From: Candidatus Magasanikiibacteriota bacterium
GTDB taxonomy: Bacteria > Patescibacteriota > Patescibacteriia > Magasanikbacterales > GWA2-37-8
Length of the DNA stretch: 64,000 nt
Reading direction: 5' to 3'
Assembly (NCBI GenBank): GCA_030650025.1
Contig: JAUSEN010000007.1
Location: forward strand, 9,472-73,471
Below, piece by piece: positions 45,491 to 55,080 of this stretch (within the stretch, counting starts at the first letter, position 1; the number at the start of each line of letters is the position of its first letter). The notes below the pieces were generated by a model. The model did no database searches and had not been told where the DNA came from. It worked only from the letters and a program-made list of their open reading frames with translations. The position numbers and the translations under genes are program-made.

Positions 45491-46093
45491 ATGGATTTTG
45501 TTTCACTGCTATTCTATTTTGTAATAATTATTCCCTCTTCTATTATTCATGAATACGCCCATGGCTGGGTGGCGGATATGCTGGGAGATCCAACCGCGCG
45601 TTATGCCGGCCGCCTCACGATTGACCCTCGCCCGCATATTGATCTGTGGGGAACTCTCCTCATGCCCTTGTTATTATTTATCGCCACGAGCGGGCGGTTT
45701 ATTTTTGCTTATGCCAAGCCCGTGCCATATAACCCTTATAATTTGAAAGATCAAAAATGGGGGCCGGTGTGGGTGGGGTTAGCGGGGCCAATGGCAAATT
45801 TTTTGTTGGCCGCGGCTTTTGCTTTAGTCTTACGCCTTATGCCTTACAACGCTATCAGTGAATTTTTGGCCATCATTGTGTATGCCAACATTATGTTGAT
45901 GGTGTTTAATTTGGTGCCGATTCCGCCGCTCGATGGCTCTAAACTCCTCTACGCGCTACTCCCAGATTCGGCTTACAAAGTGCGCCAGTTTCTTAATCAG
46001 TACGGTTTCATGATTTTGCTGTTTTTTGTTTTTTTCATGTTTGAATTAATCCGGCCCATTATTGAAGGTTTATTTAAATTGCTCGTGGGTTAA
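45491..46093 (+). CDS. site-2 protease (M50)
   Basis: HEYAHG, AGP..N, NLVPIPPLDG. Confidence 0.95.
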   Translation: MDFVSLLFYFVIIIPSSIIHEYAHGWVADMLGDPTARYAGRLTIDPRPHIDLWGTLLMPLLLFIATSGRFIFAYAKPVPYNPYNLKDQKWGPVWVGLAGPMANFLLAAAFALVLRLMPYNAISEFLAIIVYANIMLMVFNLVPIPPLDGSKLLYALLPDSAYKVRQFLNQYGFMILLFFVFFMFELIRPIIEGLFKLLVG

Positions 46094-46124
46094 GTAAATT
46101 TATAAGATTTTTTGTTTTAAATTT

Positions 46125-46466
46125 ATGAAGTTATTCATTCGGTGGCTCTTAAGCGCCGCGGCGCTGGTGCTCCTCGCGTATTATATCCCTGGCATTAGTA
46201 TCGCTAATTTTTACGCGGCGATAGTAGCCGCGCTGGTCCTCGGGTTAATCAATGCCTTGATAAAACCCATTATCGTGGTGTTGACCCTGCCGTTTAATAT
46301 TTTAACGCTGGGGCTGTTCTCGCTCTTAATCAATACGTTTTGTTTTTGGTTTGCCAGTACGGTGGTGAAAGGGTTTGGAGTGGCTGGGTTTTGGCCGGCT
46401 TTTTGGGGCGCGTTCGCGATGTGGGTGTTTAATTGGTTTGTTGGCAGTTTATTAAAAGGGAGATAG
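46125..46466 (+). CDS. 4-TM phage holin-like (YvlD-type) membrane protein
   Basis: N.LIKP....LTLP..ILTLGLF...IN. Confidence 0.9.
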   Translation: MKLFIRWLLSAAALVLLAYYIPGISIANFYAAIVAALVLGLINALIKPIIVVLTLPFNILTLGLFSLLINTFCFWFASTVVKGFGVAGFWPAFWGAFAMWVFNWFVGSLLKGR

Positions 46467-46472
46467 AGAGGT

Positions 46473-46658
46473 ATGAAAAGTTATTCAAAAGCCGCTAGTC
46501 ACAAAGGCAAAACAGCGTATCGTACTCCCAGCCGTTGGCTTTCTGGAAGGCCCGAGGCGTTTAAACAAACACCGGGCACTAAAATTAATAATGGGAGATA
46601 TTTTCCGCCCAAGGCGGACCAGCCGTGGGCTGGGAAGAAAATTGGCAAAGCGTTTTAG
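46473..46658 (+). CDS. small basic protein carrying a 30-nt in-frame double-hairpin insertion
   Basis: GAGG immediately before ATG; frame preserved across the insertion at 46604-46633. Confidence 0.55.
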   Translation: MKSYSKAASHKGKTAYRTPSRWLSGRPEAFKQTPGTKINNGRYFPPKADQPWAGKKIGKAF

Positions 46659-46674
46659 AATTTACAATATAACT

Positions 46675-47397
46675 ATGCCGGTGTTAAGAAATAAAATAAA
46701 AAAGATTAATAACAAAACAGGTTATAAAATTTTATCTGTCGGCGGTTCGATTATTATTCCGCCGACTGGTTTTGATATTGGTTTTTTAAAGAAATTTAGG
46801 GCTTTGATTTTGAGCGAGGTTAAAAAGGGTCAGAAGTTTATTTTGGTCATTGGCGGCGGGGCCACGTGCCGTCAGTATCAAAAAGCAGCGGGGGCGGCAG
46901 TACCGATGACGGATAGGGACTTAGATTGGCTTGGTATTAAGACCACGGTTTTGAACGCGGAATTTGTGAAAGCGTTATTTAAAGATTACGCGTACGAAGA
47001 AGTCGCGGTTAACCCTACTAAAAAAGTTAAAACTACTCGGCCCATTATTATTGCGGCGGGCTGGAAGCCGGGGTGCAGTACGGATAAAGACGCCGTGCTT
47101 TTAGCTAAGACATATGGGGCGACAGAAGTGATAAATTTATCAAATGTTGACTATGTGTACAACAGCGACCCGAAGAAAAATAAGAATGCCAAAAAATTGA
47201 CGCGCCTCACTTGGGGAGAGCTTAAGAAAATTGTGGGTACCAAATGGCAACCGGGCGCGAACGTGCCGTTTGACCCGAGCGCCGCGCGCTTAGCGCAAAA
47301 GCTTGGTTTGGTAGTAAAATTCGCGCGGGGGACGGACGTTAAGACGATCTCAAGAATTTTAAATGGAGATAGCACTCTCGGGACGGTAATTAGCTGA
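46675..47397 (+). CDS. pyrH: UMP kinase (archaeal-type)
   Basis: SVGGS, VIGGG...R.YQ, PG.STD.DAV.LA, PFDP.AA. Confidence 0.93.
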   Translation: MPVLRNKIKKINNKTGYKILSVGGSIIIPPTGFDIGFLKKFRALILSEVKKGQKFILVIGGGATCRQYQKAAGAAVPMTDRDLDWLGIKTTVLNAEFVKALFKDYAYEEVAVNPTKKVKTTRPIIIAAGWKPGCSTDKDAVLLAKTYGATEVINLSNVDYVYNSDPKKNKNAKKLTRLTWGELKKIVGTKWQPGANVPFDPSAARLAQKLGLVVKFARGTDVKTISRILNGDSTLGTVIS

Positions 47398-47401
47398 ACG
47401 C

Positions 47402-47430
47402 TTGACAGAAATCTTACTTTTTTGTATACT
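47402..47430 (+). promoter_or_regulatory. sigma70-type promoter for rplJL
   Basis: TTGACA-17 bp-TATACT. Confidence 0.85.
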
Positions 47431-47437
47431 GATTTCA

Positions 47438-47525
47438 CCATAGACAGCCCCGACGCGAGTCGGGGTCCCGCTTAGGCGGGACAGGCGTCCGAAAGGACTT
47501 AATTGCCGTAAGGCCCCTGCCGAGG
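47438..47525 (+). promoter_or_regulatory. ribosomal protein L10 leader, interrupted by a 34-nt double hairpin (47448-47481)
   Basis: AGACAG^CAGG ... TTAA ... CCTGCCGAGG kink-turn core typical of L10 leaders. Confidence 0.75.
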
Positions 47526-47551
47526 CAAACTACCCGGTTTTGAATGAACGA

Positions 47552-47580
47552 AGATATTCTTCGCTTCGCTCAGAATGACA
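47552..47580. repeat. ATGACA-ended half palindromic element
   Basis: AGATATTCTTCGCTTCGCTCAGAATGACA, same family as 5809-5906. Confidence 0.6.
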
Positions 47581-47632
47581 GTAGGGCAAAGTCGAAGTTT
47601 TGCTTACAGCTGTGGTTGAAAAACCACTTTTT

Positions 47633-47709
47633 TGTTAACTATCGAAATTTTGGAGTTGTAAGACGAACAAAATTTCGCTATAGTTAACAATCCCGCCGTA
47701 TGGCGGGAT
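47633..47709 (+). repeat. TGTTAAC-bounded long hairpin plus GCC/GGC hairpin in the rplJ leader
   Basis: Homologous to 4176-4248. Confidence 0.7.
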
Positions 47710-47764
47710 GCTCAGAGTTGTAGCGAATTTTATCGCTACACTCAAAATTAGACAACTCTGGCAT

Positions 47765-48289
47765 ATGCCAAAATCAAAAACAGAGAAAAAAGACACAGTG
47801 GCGGCGCTGGTTAGCGGCATCAAAAGCGCCAAAGGCGTGGTGTTTGCCAACTTCCAAGGCCTAACCGTGGCCCAAACCGAAGCCCTGCGGAAAGAGTGCC
47901 GCCAAGCCAACATTACCGTGCTCGCGGCCAAAAAAACTTTGGTCAAGCGCGCTTTGGAAGAAGTTGGTTTGGGTGACGTCGCTACCAACAATTTTAAGGG
48001 CGGCGTGGCCGCTTTTATGGGCCAGAGCGACGAAATCGCTCCCGCCAAAGTGATCGCAACTTTTGCCAAGAAAGCCGAACTAGTAACATTTTTTGGCGGC
48101 ATTTTGGAAGGCAAATTTATCGACGCCGCCATGGTTAAGAGTTTGTCGGCCTTGCCGAGCAAATTGGAATTGCTTACCAAAATGGTGGGCTCGCTTAATG
48201 CTCCGATATTGGGTTTTGTTAATGTGAACGCGGGTATTGTGCGTTCACTTCTCAACGTGCTCAATAATCTGCAGAAAGCCAAAGCTTAA
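47765..48289 (+). CDS. rplJ: 50S ribosomal protein L10
   Basis: MPKSK..K, F.GLTV....LR, KKTL, LS.LPSK.EL. Confidence 0.96.
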   Translation: MPKSKTEKKDTVAALVSGIKSAKGVVFANFQGLTVAQTEALRKECRQANITVLAAKKTLVKRALEEVGLGDVATNNFKGGVAAFMGQSDEIAPAKVIATFAKKAELVTFFGGILEGKFIDAAMVKSLSALPSKLELLTKMVGSLNAPILGFVNVNAGIVRSLLNVLNNLQKAKA

Positions 48290-48309
48290 ATCAAATTAAT
48301 AACAATCGT

Positions 48310-48684
48310 ATGTCCGATAAATTACAAACTATTATTACGGAAGTAGAAAAACTTACGGTATTGGAACTTGCCGAATTAGTTAAGGCGATGGAAGAGAAGT
48401 TTGGCGTTTCGGCCGCGGCCCCGGCCATGATGATGGCCGCGCCCGGAGCCGCCGCGCCAGCCGCCGAAGAGAAAACCGAATTCGACGTGGAACTCACTGA
48501 AGTGGGTCCTAACAAGATCAATGTCATCAAAGCAGTTAAAGAAGTAACCGGGCTCGGTTTAGCCGATGCCAAAGCCATCGTGGATGGCGCGCCTAAGGTA
48601 GTTAAAGCCGGTGTTAAAAAAGAAGAAGCCGAAACCATGAAGAAAAAGATTGAAGAAGCCGGCGGTAAAGCGACACTTAAATAA
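48310..48684 (+). CDS. rplL: 50S ribosomal protein L7/L12
   Basis: [29 protein letters not shown]. Confidence 0.98.
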   Translation: MSDKLQTIITEVEKLTVLELAELVKAMEEKFGVSAAAPAMMMAAPGAAAPAAEEKTEFDVELTEVGPNKINVIKAVKEVTGLGLADAKAIVDGAPKVVKAGVKKEEAETMKKKIEEAGGKATLK

Positions 48685-48691
48685 TTTTAAT

Positions 48692-48724
48692 AAAAAAGGC
48701 ACCCGCTTAGCGAGTGCCTTTTTT
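48692..48724. terminator. bidirectional terminator between convergent genes
   Basis: AAAAAAGGCAC...GTGCCTTTTTT. Confidence 0.8.
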
Positions 48725-48749
48725 ATTTATAAAATTTTTAGATAGTTTT

Positions 48750-51035
48750 CTAAATTGGCAAATTGATTTTGAATAATTTACCGGAATCTAAAATATAAGC
48801 GGTTTTGTTAGGTTCGTCTACAGCGAGGCCAGTCGGATAGGCAAATTCGGTAGCGACCAGCTGGGCTTTAAAGCGCCCGTCTTTTTCGAGAATCACCAAA
48901 CGTTTTAAAGTTGTGTCCAAGACGTATAAGTAAGCAACGTCGTTATAAGAATAAATAGCGCCCGTGCCGGAAATAGCCGGGTCTAAACCGCTGACTGTGA
49001 ACGAGGCGTTGACGCCGCCAGTATGCTTGGCAATTTGTCCGTTATTTAAGAGCGCGAATAAGTCGCCATCAATGGTAAAACCGGAAGCATTTTTTAAGTT
49101 TTCGTCTGGTTTATCGAGCCACTCTTTACCGAGGCCAAATCCGGTTTTAGTGGCGTCATGGCGATAAATCTGGCCCAGGCTTTTGTCCAAAGAGTAAAGC
49201 CGGCGATTATAAACCAAGGCCGAGCCGATATTAGGGTGTTCGCTCTCAAAACCCACCTCGATTGGCTTAGTGCTGTTGTCCGAGGGGCTAAGCGTAATCG
49301 CCTCGCCCCGGTTGTTAAGCAAGACCGCGTAGTCATTTTCTTTAGGCACGGCGCCGGCGACAAACCCGCCATAGATTTGGTTTTGGGGCAAAATTTTGGT
49401 GGCGCGGCTGAACAAATCGAACAAGTAAAGATCAGTAGAGGTGGCGGCAAAAGAAAATAGTTTATTGGAAATTTTTATCAGCTGGCTGGTGTTGTTATTA
49501 CCCCAGTTGGTGAGAAGCTCGGGCTGAACAATGGTAATTTTTCTAGCCTTGAGAAGCAAGACATCGAGAGCGTTTTGCAGTTCGGCGCAAGTGGCCGCTT
49601 TTTCCTTATTGTCGCAAGCCAAATTTTTGAGAAGCTCCCGAGCTTCGGAGACTTCATTTAAGGCGGCGGATTCATTTTTGTACACCAGCGAGCTTTCGGC
49701 CGCTTCTTTTTTGGTAGTGATTTGGCGCAGATTATCTTGGTACACGGCTTCGCGCGCGGCGCTGATTTGTACCGAGCGTAAATAGATTAAACTGCCTACA
49801 AAGGTTAAGGAGATAAGAATAGCGCCGGCAATGATTATTTTTGTAATGATAGGCAGTTCGGCTAGAGAGCGTTTGTAAAAACGCCATTGCCGGAGCCAAT
49901 CTTCCAAAATTATTTGGCGGCGGCCGCGTAAATTCGCAGCCACGACGAACAGAAGAGCCAAGGCGCGCCCGATTTTTCCAATTACTAGCAGAATAATTTG
50001 TAAGCCAATCCAGAGCCCGCGCAGAGCGAGGCGGCCGGCGGCGAGTAAAAACTCTGTCAGCGTATCCCAAGCGCTGGTGAGGCCGGTCGCTTCAGAGCTA
50101 TCAGGGCGGTGTTTTTCCAAACGGTGAACGTGGGCGGCGCGGATTTCGGCAGAATTGAAATCCGATTGTTTAGCGGTAAATTCCGCTTGGCTCGGCACAG
50201 CCGCAAACTGGCTGGCGGTGAGCCGGGCTTTCATTTTGTTAAAAAGGGTGGGAGAGAGCGTGGCCGAAGTATTGGATTCGGTGTTAAACATGGTTTTAAG
50301 AGATTCGGCGGAACCGCCCGCGGCCGTGGGCCGTGATTTTTTTAGCTCTGATTTTTGGGTAGCCTCGGCAAGGTGAATAATTAAACCACCAAAGGAAAAC
50401 TCGCTCCGCAGTTCTTTGAGAACTCTTTCCAGGTGCTCGGCGCTTTGCCGGGCGGAACGAGTGGTGATTATTTTTTCTAGTCGGTCGCCGGTAAAGAAAT
50501 TATTAACATGAGGCGTGGCGGCAAACAGGAAGTCGTTGGGGCTAATTTTGCCCTGGACAATTTGAGAGAACAGCTCCTGGCCTTCGCCGGAGTTTTCCCC
50601 GCCGGGAGCCTCTAACAAATTGAGGGAGCGAAATAGCCCTTGGCGATTTTTATAAAATAAGAGCAGGGTGGGGGAGCCGCAAGTGGAAAAAATAATTTCT
50701 GGCTGGCGAATAGCGCCCACCAAGCAGTTTAGCGCCACTCCTTCGGAAAGAAGAGCGCTCGCGCGCTGGTTGATTTTTTCTAGGGCTAATTCGAGGGAGT
50801 TTTTTTCACTATGATCCGAGAGCGCGTAGTAGTTAGTTTCAATTTCGTCGATGGTAGCTTGGATAGACGCAATGTAGGGAGCCGAGCCGCGATTAATTTC
50901 GCAAATAGCAAAAAAATAGCCTTTGCGTTTTTCTTCCTCGGTAGAGGGTTCGGTAATGTGCAAAAGGACGTGGGAGATATTTTGGTTGCCACCCTCAACA
51001 AAAAATTCGTTAAGAGTTAGGCGTGGTTCGGCCAT
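48750..51035 (-). CDS. membrane protein with PP2C-like N-terminal fold and C-terminal beta-propeller
   Basis: alpha/beta N-terminal domain, hydrophobic segments, helical stalk, LY.LD / YILD propeller blades. Confidence 0.75.
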   Translation of the reverse strand: MAEPRLTLNEFFVEGGNQNISHVLLHITEPSTEEEKRKGYFFAICEINRGSAPYIASIQATIDEIETNYYALSDHSEKNSLELALEKINQRASALLSEGVALNCLVGAIRQPEIIFSTCGSPTLLLFYKNRQGLFRSLNLLEAPGGENSGEGQELFSQIVQGKISPNDFLFAATPHVNNFFTGDRLEKIITTRSARQSAEHLERVLKELRSEFSFGGLIIHLAEATQKSELKKSRPTAAGGSAESLKTMFNTESNTSATLSPTLFNKMKARLTASQFAAVPSQAEFTAKQSDFNSAEIRAAHVHRLEKHRPDSSEATGLTSAWDTLTEFLLAAGRLALRGLWIGLQIILLVIGKIGRALALLFVVAANLRGRRQIILEDWLRQWRFYKRSLAELPIITKIIIAGAILISLTFVGSLIYLRSVQISAAREAVYQDNLRQITTKKEAAESSLVYKNESAALNEVSEARELLKNLACDNKEKAATCAELQNALDVLLLKARKITIVQPELLTNWGNNNTSQLIKISNKLFSFAATSTDLYLFDLFSRATKILPQNQIYGGFVAGAVPKENDYAVLLNNRGEAITLSPSDNSTKPIEVGFESEHPNIGSALVYNRRLYSLDKSLGQIYRHDATKTGFGLGKEWLDKPDENLKNASGFTIDGDLFALLNNGQIAKHTGGVNASFTVSGLDPAISGTGAIYSYNDVAYLYVLDTTLKRLVILEKDGRFKAQLVATEFAYPTGLAVDEPNKTAYILDSGKLFKINLPI

Positions 51036-51119
51036 AAAAGCGATATTTTTGACTTTTAACCGTAAAATTATTATACTATAGGGTAATAATAAAGTCTATA
51101 TTAATCGCTGTCAAATCGT

Positions 51120-51716
51120 ATGCTTGAACACCTATTTGGTTCAAAGACTAGAGTAAAATTGCTGCAAATTTTTTTTCGCCACCCCAGCAAGCCATTTTTT
51201 GGCCGTGAGCTAGCGCGCCTCTCCGGGACCCAGCTGAACGCCGTGCGCCGCGAGATTTTAAACCTGTTCACGCTCCATCTAATACAAGCGGTGGATGCTA
51301 AAAATGTACCAGACACAGATTTAGGCACGGAGCGCTCTAAGTATTACCAGCTTAATATTTTAAGCCCGCTTTACCAAGAGCTCAAGGCGCTTTTGGTGCA
51401 GGCGGCGGTAATTGAAGAAGAAGAGTTTGTCGCGACTGTTAAAGCGCGCGCCGGTAAAGTGGTCTTAATGGTGTTGACCGGCGTTTTTACGGAGGCGGAT
51501 GAAGTGGACACGGACTTACTGATTGTGGGCCAGGTGAAACCGCTGGTCTTAACTAAGTTAATTAAAAAATTTGAAAAAGATAACGGGCGGCAAATTCGCT
51601 ACACCATTATGAGCGCTAAAGAATTCCAGGAGCGGCGGGAAATTGGCGATAAATTTTTATATCGTATTTTTGAAGCCAAACACTTGGTAGCCGTGGACGA
51701 AATGCGGGTTTTTTAG
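51120..51716 (+). CDS. winged-HTH plus nucleotidyltransferase-like domain protein
   Basis: LFGSKTR.KLL..F, RELAR, N.VRRE..NL; TDLLIVG. Confidence 0.8.
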   Translation: MLEHLFGSKTRVKLLQIFFRHPSKPFFGRELARLSGTQLNAVRREILNLFTLHLIQAVDAKNVPDTDLGTERSKYYQLNILSPLYQELKALLVQAAVIEEEEFVATVKARAGKVVLMVLTGVFTEADEVDTDLLIVGQVKPLVLTKLIKKFEKDNGRQIRYTIMSAKEFQERREIGDKFLYRIFEAKHLVAVDEMRVF

Positions 51717-51718
51717 GT

Positions 51719-52102
51719 ATGCAGGTTATTATTGATAATTCAGAAGAAGCCGAGGCGCGTTTTGGTTTTAAAGCCAATAACGAGTGGGCGGCGGTAACAT
51801 TGCCGCGTGAGAAGAAGAGTCTCCTCGAGATTTTTAGTTTGGCTTTAAAAAATCGCGATCAGAGTTTTAGGGATATTACGCATCTCGCAGTGGTGGTTAG
51901 TCGGGGGCGGTTTACGGCCGAGCGGGTAGCGGTGGTTATGGCTAACGCCCTGGCACTGGCTTTAAAAATACGCTTAGTAAAAGTTAATGATTTTGATTTT
52001 ACAGCGGCAGACCAAGCGCTCGCCGCGGCTCAATTTGGCTATCTTTTGCCAGAGTATAGCACGGGTGTTCATATCAATGGCGCAGTAAAGCATGCTATCT
52101 GA
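51719..52102 (+). CDS. tsaB: TsaB-like protein (truncated)
   Basis: I..LAVV...G.FT..R.AV..ANALA; C-terminal L.PEY. Confidence 0.7.
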   Translation: MQVIIDNSEEAEARFGFKANNEWAAVTLPREKKSLLEIFSLALKNRDQSFRDITHLAVVVSRGRFTAERVAVVMANALALALKIRLVKVNDFDFTAADQALAAAQFGYLLPEYSTGVHINGAVKHAI

Positions 52103-53579
52103 TTATCAGCGTTATCGATTTTACGAATGGCTGCCAGGCCTAAGCGTCTGGCTGACTTTTTTGGCGGCTTTATTATTGTCACTATTCGCGCCGCTCACCA
52201 TGATGTACGTGGTGATTATTTTTGATGTGTATTGGGTAATCAGAGTGATTTATTTTTCTTTTTACGTGCTTTTATCCTGGCGGCGTTTTCGGGCGGCGGC
52301 CCAGCAGGATTGGTTCCGGCGTTTACAAATAGAAGTTCCGGATTGGGAGAAAAAAATAAACGCGGTGTTTTTGCCGGTTTATAACGAATCGTGGGAGGTG
52401 ATTGACGCGACTCTTCAGGCCTTGGCGTTTTCCTCTTATCCCGCCAAAAAATTGTACGTAGTGATATCCGGGGAAGCGCGCCAGAACGAGCATTGGCAAG
52501 ATTTGCAAGTAAAAATTCGCGCTCGCTATGGCCAAGCTTTCGCTGATATTTTGATGTACACGCATCCGGATAATTTGCCGGACGAGATCCCCGGCAAGGG
52601 TTCTAATATTCATTATGCCGAGTGGCAGTTTAAAAATTACGCGGATAAAAAGGGGTGGGCTTATGAGAAGGTAATTCAATCGGTTTTTGACGTGGATACG
52701 GTGGCGCACCGAGAGTACTTCGCCCATCTTACGTATATGTACTCTAAGCACCCGCACCCGGAGCGGAGTTCCTTTCAGCCCGTCACACTCTACAATAATA
52801 ATTTATGGGAATCACCCGCGGCTCTGCGGATCATGGCTTTTGGCACGACGTTTTGGATGTTGTTTAGTTTGGCGCGGCTGGATAATTTGGTGACGTTCAG
52901 TTCGCATAGCATGAGTTTTAAGGCGGCGCTCGAGGTAGGCGGCCACGCTAAAAATATCATCAGCGAGGATTCGCGGATATTTTTTCAGTGCTGGTTAAAA
53001 TACCGAGGCAATTACGAAGTAACACCGCTTTATATCCCGGTGTCTATGCACACAGTGCGCGACGATAACTGGTTCACCAGCTTAAAAAATTTATATTTTC
53101 AGCAGCGGCGCTGGGCTTACGGCACGGAGCATATTCCTTTTTTGCTGTGGCAGTTTAAAAAACATCCGGAAATTTCTTGGTACAAAAAATTAGTTATTTT
53201 GTTCCATGAGTGGGAGGGCAAGTGGAGCTGGGCGGTGGTGCCAATTTTTATTACGTTTTTTGGCCGGTTGCCCCTCTGGTTTTCGGGAGAAGAGGTGCGC
53301 CGGAGCGCGTTGTTTTTTAACACACCCTATGTGCTCCAGTGGCTTATGACTATTGCCATGCTTGGGCTCGCGGTATCGCTGATCTTAAGCCTGCTGATTT
53401 TACCGGCTCGCCCCGCGGGTCACCGCCCGCATCGCTATATCTATATGCTCTTGCAGTGGGCTTTGGTGCCTGTTTCTCTCGTCTTGTTCTCGGCCGTGCC
53501 TTGCATAGACGCCATCACTCATTTAATGCGCGGCAAGTATTTAGGTTTTAACGTGTCGGCTAAAAGCCGCTCGGGGTAG
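52092..53579 (+). CDS. membrane glycosyltransferase family 2
   Basis: P.YNE, DVD, SED, QQRRW. Confidence 0.9.
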   Translation: MLSDYQRYRFYEWLPGLSVWLTFLAALLLSLFAPLTMMYVVIIFDVYWVIRVIYFSFYVLLSWRRFRAAAQQDWFRRLQIEVPDWEKKINAVFLPVYNESWEVIDATLQALAFSSYPAKKLYVVISGEARQNEHWQDLQVKIRARYGQAFADILMYTHPDNLPDEIPGKGSNIHYAEWQFKNYADKKGWAYEKVIQSVFDVDTVAHREYFAHLTYMYSKHPHPERSSFQPVTLYNNNLWESPAALRIMAFGTTFWMLFSLARLDNLVTFSSHSMSFKAALEVGGHAKNIISEDSRIFFQCWLKYRGNYEVTPLYIPVSMHTVRDDNWFTSLKNLYFQQRRWAYGTEHIPFLLWQFKKHPEISWYKKLVILFHEWEGKWSWAVVPIFITFFGRLPLWFSGEEVRRSALFFNTPYVLQWLMTIAMLGLAVSLILSLLILPARPAGHRPHRYIYMLLQWALVPVSLVLFSAVPCIDAITHLMRGKYLGFNVSAKSRSG

Positions 53580-53619
53580 TACAGACAGTGGCTTTAGGGT
53601 ACAATAGAGGCAAATTAGT

Positions 53620-55068
53620 ATGTACAAAAAAATTAAAATTATTTTGTTGGTTGGGGTGGGGGCGGTTTTGTTATTGGTAGCGGGAGCGGTTGGCTATGGG
53701 TTTTGGTTTTTTAAGCAAGCGGCTTTACCCGAGGGGCTTGTGAGCCGAGCCGTACAAGGCATCACAGACGATAAGGCCAGCGCGGAAGCCTTCGCTCATT
53801 CGTTTTTGGGTTTTGACAGGCCTAAAACTTATTTGATTTTGTTTTTAAATAATACCGAAATCAGACCCGGGGGCGGTTTTATTGGCGCTTACGCGGTCAT
53901 GACCATGAACCGGGGTCGGCCGACTTTAGTTAAACTCGAGGGGACAGAGCTTTTGGATAATAGCGCGAAGCGCGAGCGCCTGCCATTGCCGCCGGCAGTT
54001 TTAGAGCAATATTTAAAAGTGAGCCGGTGGTATTTTCGCGACAGCAATTGGAGCCCGGATTTTGCCTCGTCGAGCGCTTTTGGTCTTGAGGTATACTCTT
54101 TAGAGCAGGGGACATTGGCCAATAAAATAGACAGCGTGATTGGCTTTACGCCTACAGTGATGGAAGAATTTTTGCGCCTTACTGGGCCGGTAAAGTTTGG
54201 CGATTTAGAGTTTAACGCGACCAATTTTACGGAGCGGCTCGAATACGAAGTGGAAAAGGGCTATGCGCGGAAAGGCAAAACTACCAGCGAACGCAAGGAT
54301 ATTATCAGAGAATTGGCCAAAGCCATGATTAGCAAGCTCAAGTTTGATATTTGGTTAAATTATTCCACCTATTTGCGTTTAGCGAAAAGGATGTTGGCGG
54401 AAAAACAAATTGTGTTTTATTCGCCTCACCCGGAAACGCAAGCGGCCATCGAGCAAGCTAATTGGGGCGGGAGAGTAAAGGCGACGAATGGTGACTATTT
54501 ACTTTGGGCAGACGCTAACCTCGGGGCGCTTAAAACCGACCACGCGATTGTCCGGAGCTTAAATTATCAGGTATTCCGAACCACCACTGGGTTTTTAGCG
54601 CAGACGACCATGGTTTTTGAACATACTCAAGAGCGAGACTGGCGCACGTCAATTTACCGAGATTACGCGCGTGTTTTTGTGCCGCGCGGCAGTAGGATTT
54701 TAAGCGTTTCAAGCGACCAATTATTTAGTAACCAACGCGCCACTACCACTTATGACTTTGGGCAAGAGAGCGGTAAAACTTGGTTTGGCGCTTATTTTAC
54801 AGTTGATTATAAATCAAAGCGAGCCATTACTTTTACTTATATTTTGCCAACCAGCACGGTTTGGGGCGGAGCCGAGGGGAAGGAATATGATTTATTGGTG
54901 CAAAAACAAATTGGGACCAAGGCAGTGCCGTTGACAGTAGCGCTTAAGTTTGATAAAGCAGTAGTGGCGTCTCGCCCGCCGGCCAACTTCCCCGGGCAAA
55001 AAATTAATGAGTATAAAGTTGCCACCGACTTATCTCAAGACAGAATGTTTAATTTAAGAGTTGAATAG
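53620..55068 (+). CDS. DUF4012 domain protein
   Basis: YLILF.NN.E.RP.GGFIG, RDSNWSPDF, N.G..K. Confidence 0.85.
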   Translation: MYKKIKIILLVGVGAVLLLVAGAVGYGFWFFKQAALPEGLVSRAVQGITDDKASAEAFAHSFLGFDRPKTYLILFLNNTEIRPGGGFIGAYAVMTMNRGRPTLVKLEGTELLDNSAKRERLPLPPAVLEQYLKVSRWYFRDSNWSPDFASSSAFGLEVYSLEQGTLANKIDSVIGFTPTVMEEFLRLTGPVKFGDLEFNATNFTERLEYEVEKGYARKGKTTSERKDIIRELAKAMISKLKFDIWLNYSTYLRLAKRMLAEKQIVFYSPHPETQAAIEQANWGGRVKATNGDYLLWADANLGALKTDHAIVRSLNYQVFRTTTGFLAQTTMVFEHTQERDWRTSIYRDYARVFVPRGSRILSVSSDQLFSNQRATTTYDFGQESGKTWFGAYFTVDYKSKRAITFTYILPTSTVWGGAEGKEYDLLVQKQIGTKAVPLTVALKFDKAVVASRPPANFPGQKINEYKVATDLSQDRMFNLRVE

Positions 55069-55080
55069 TGGTCAAATCGT

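Noticed and set aside
46125-46466. Prophage suggested by the holin-like gene
   Set aside because: This family is a common chromosomal membrane protein; no phage genes adjacent
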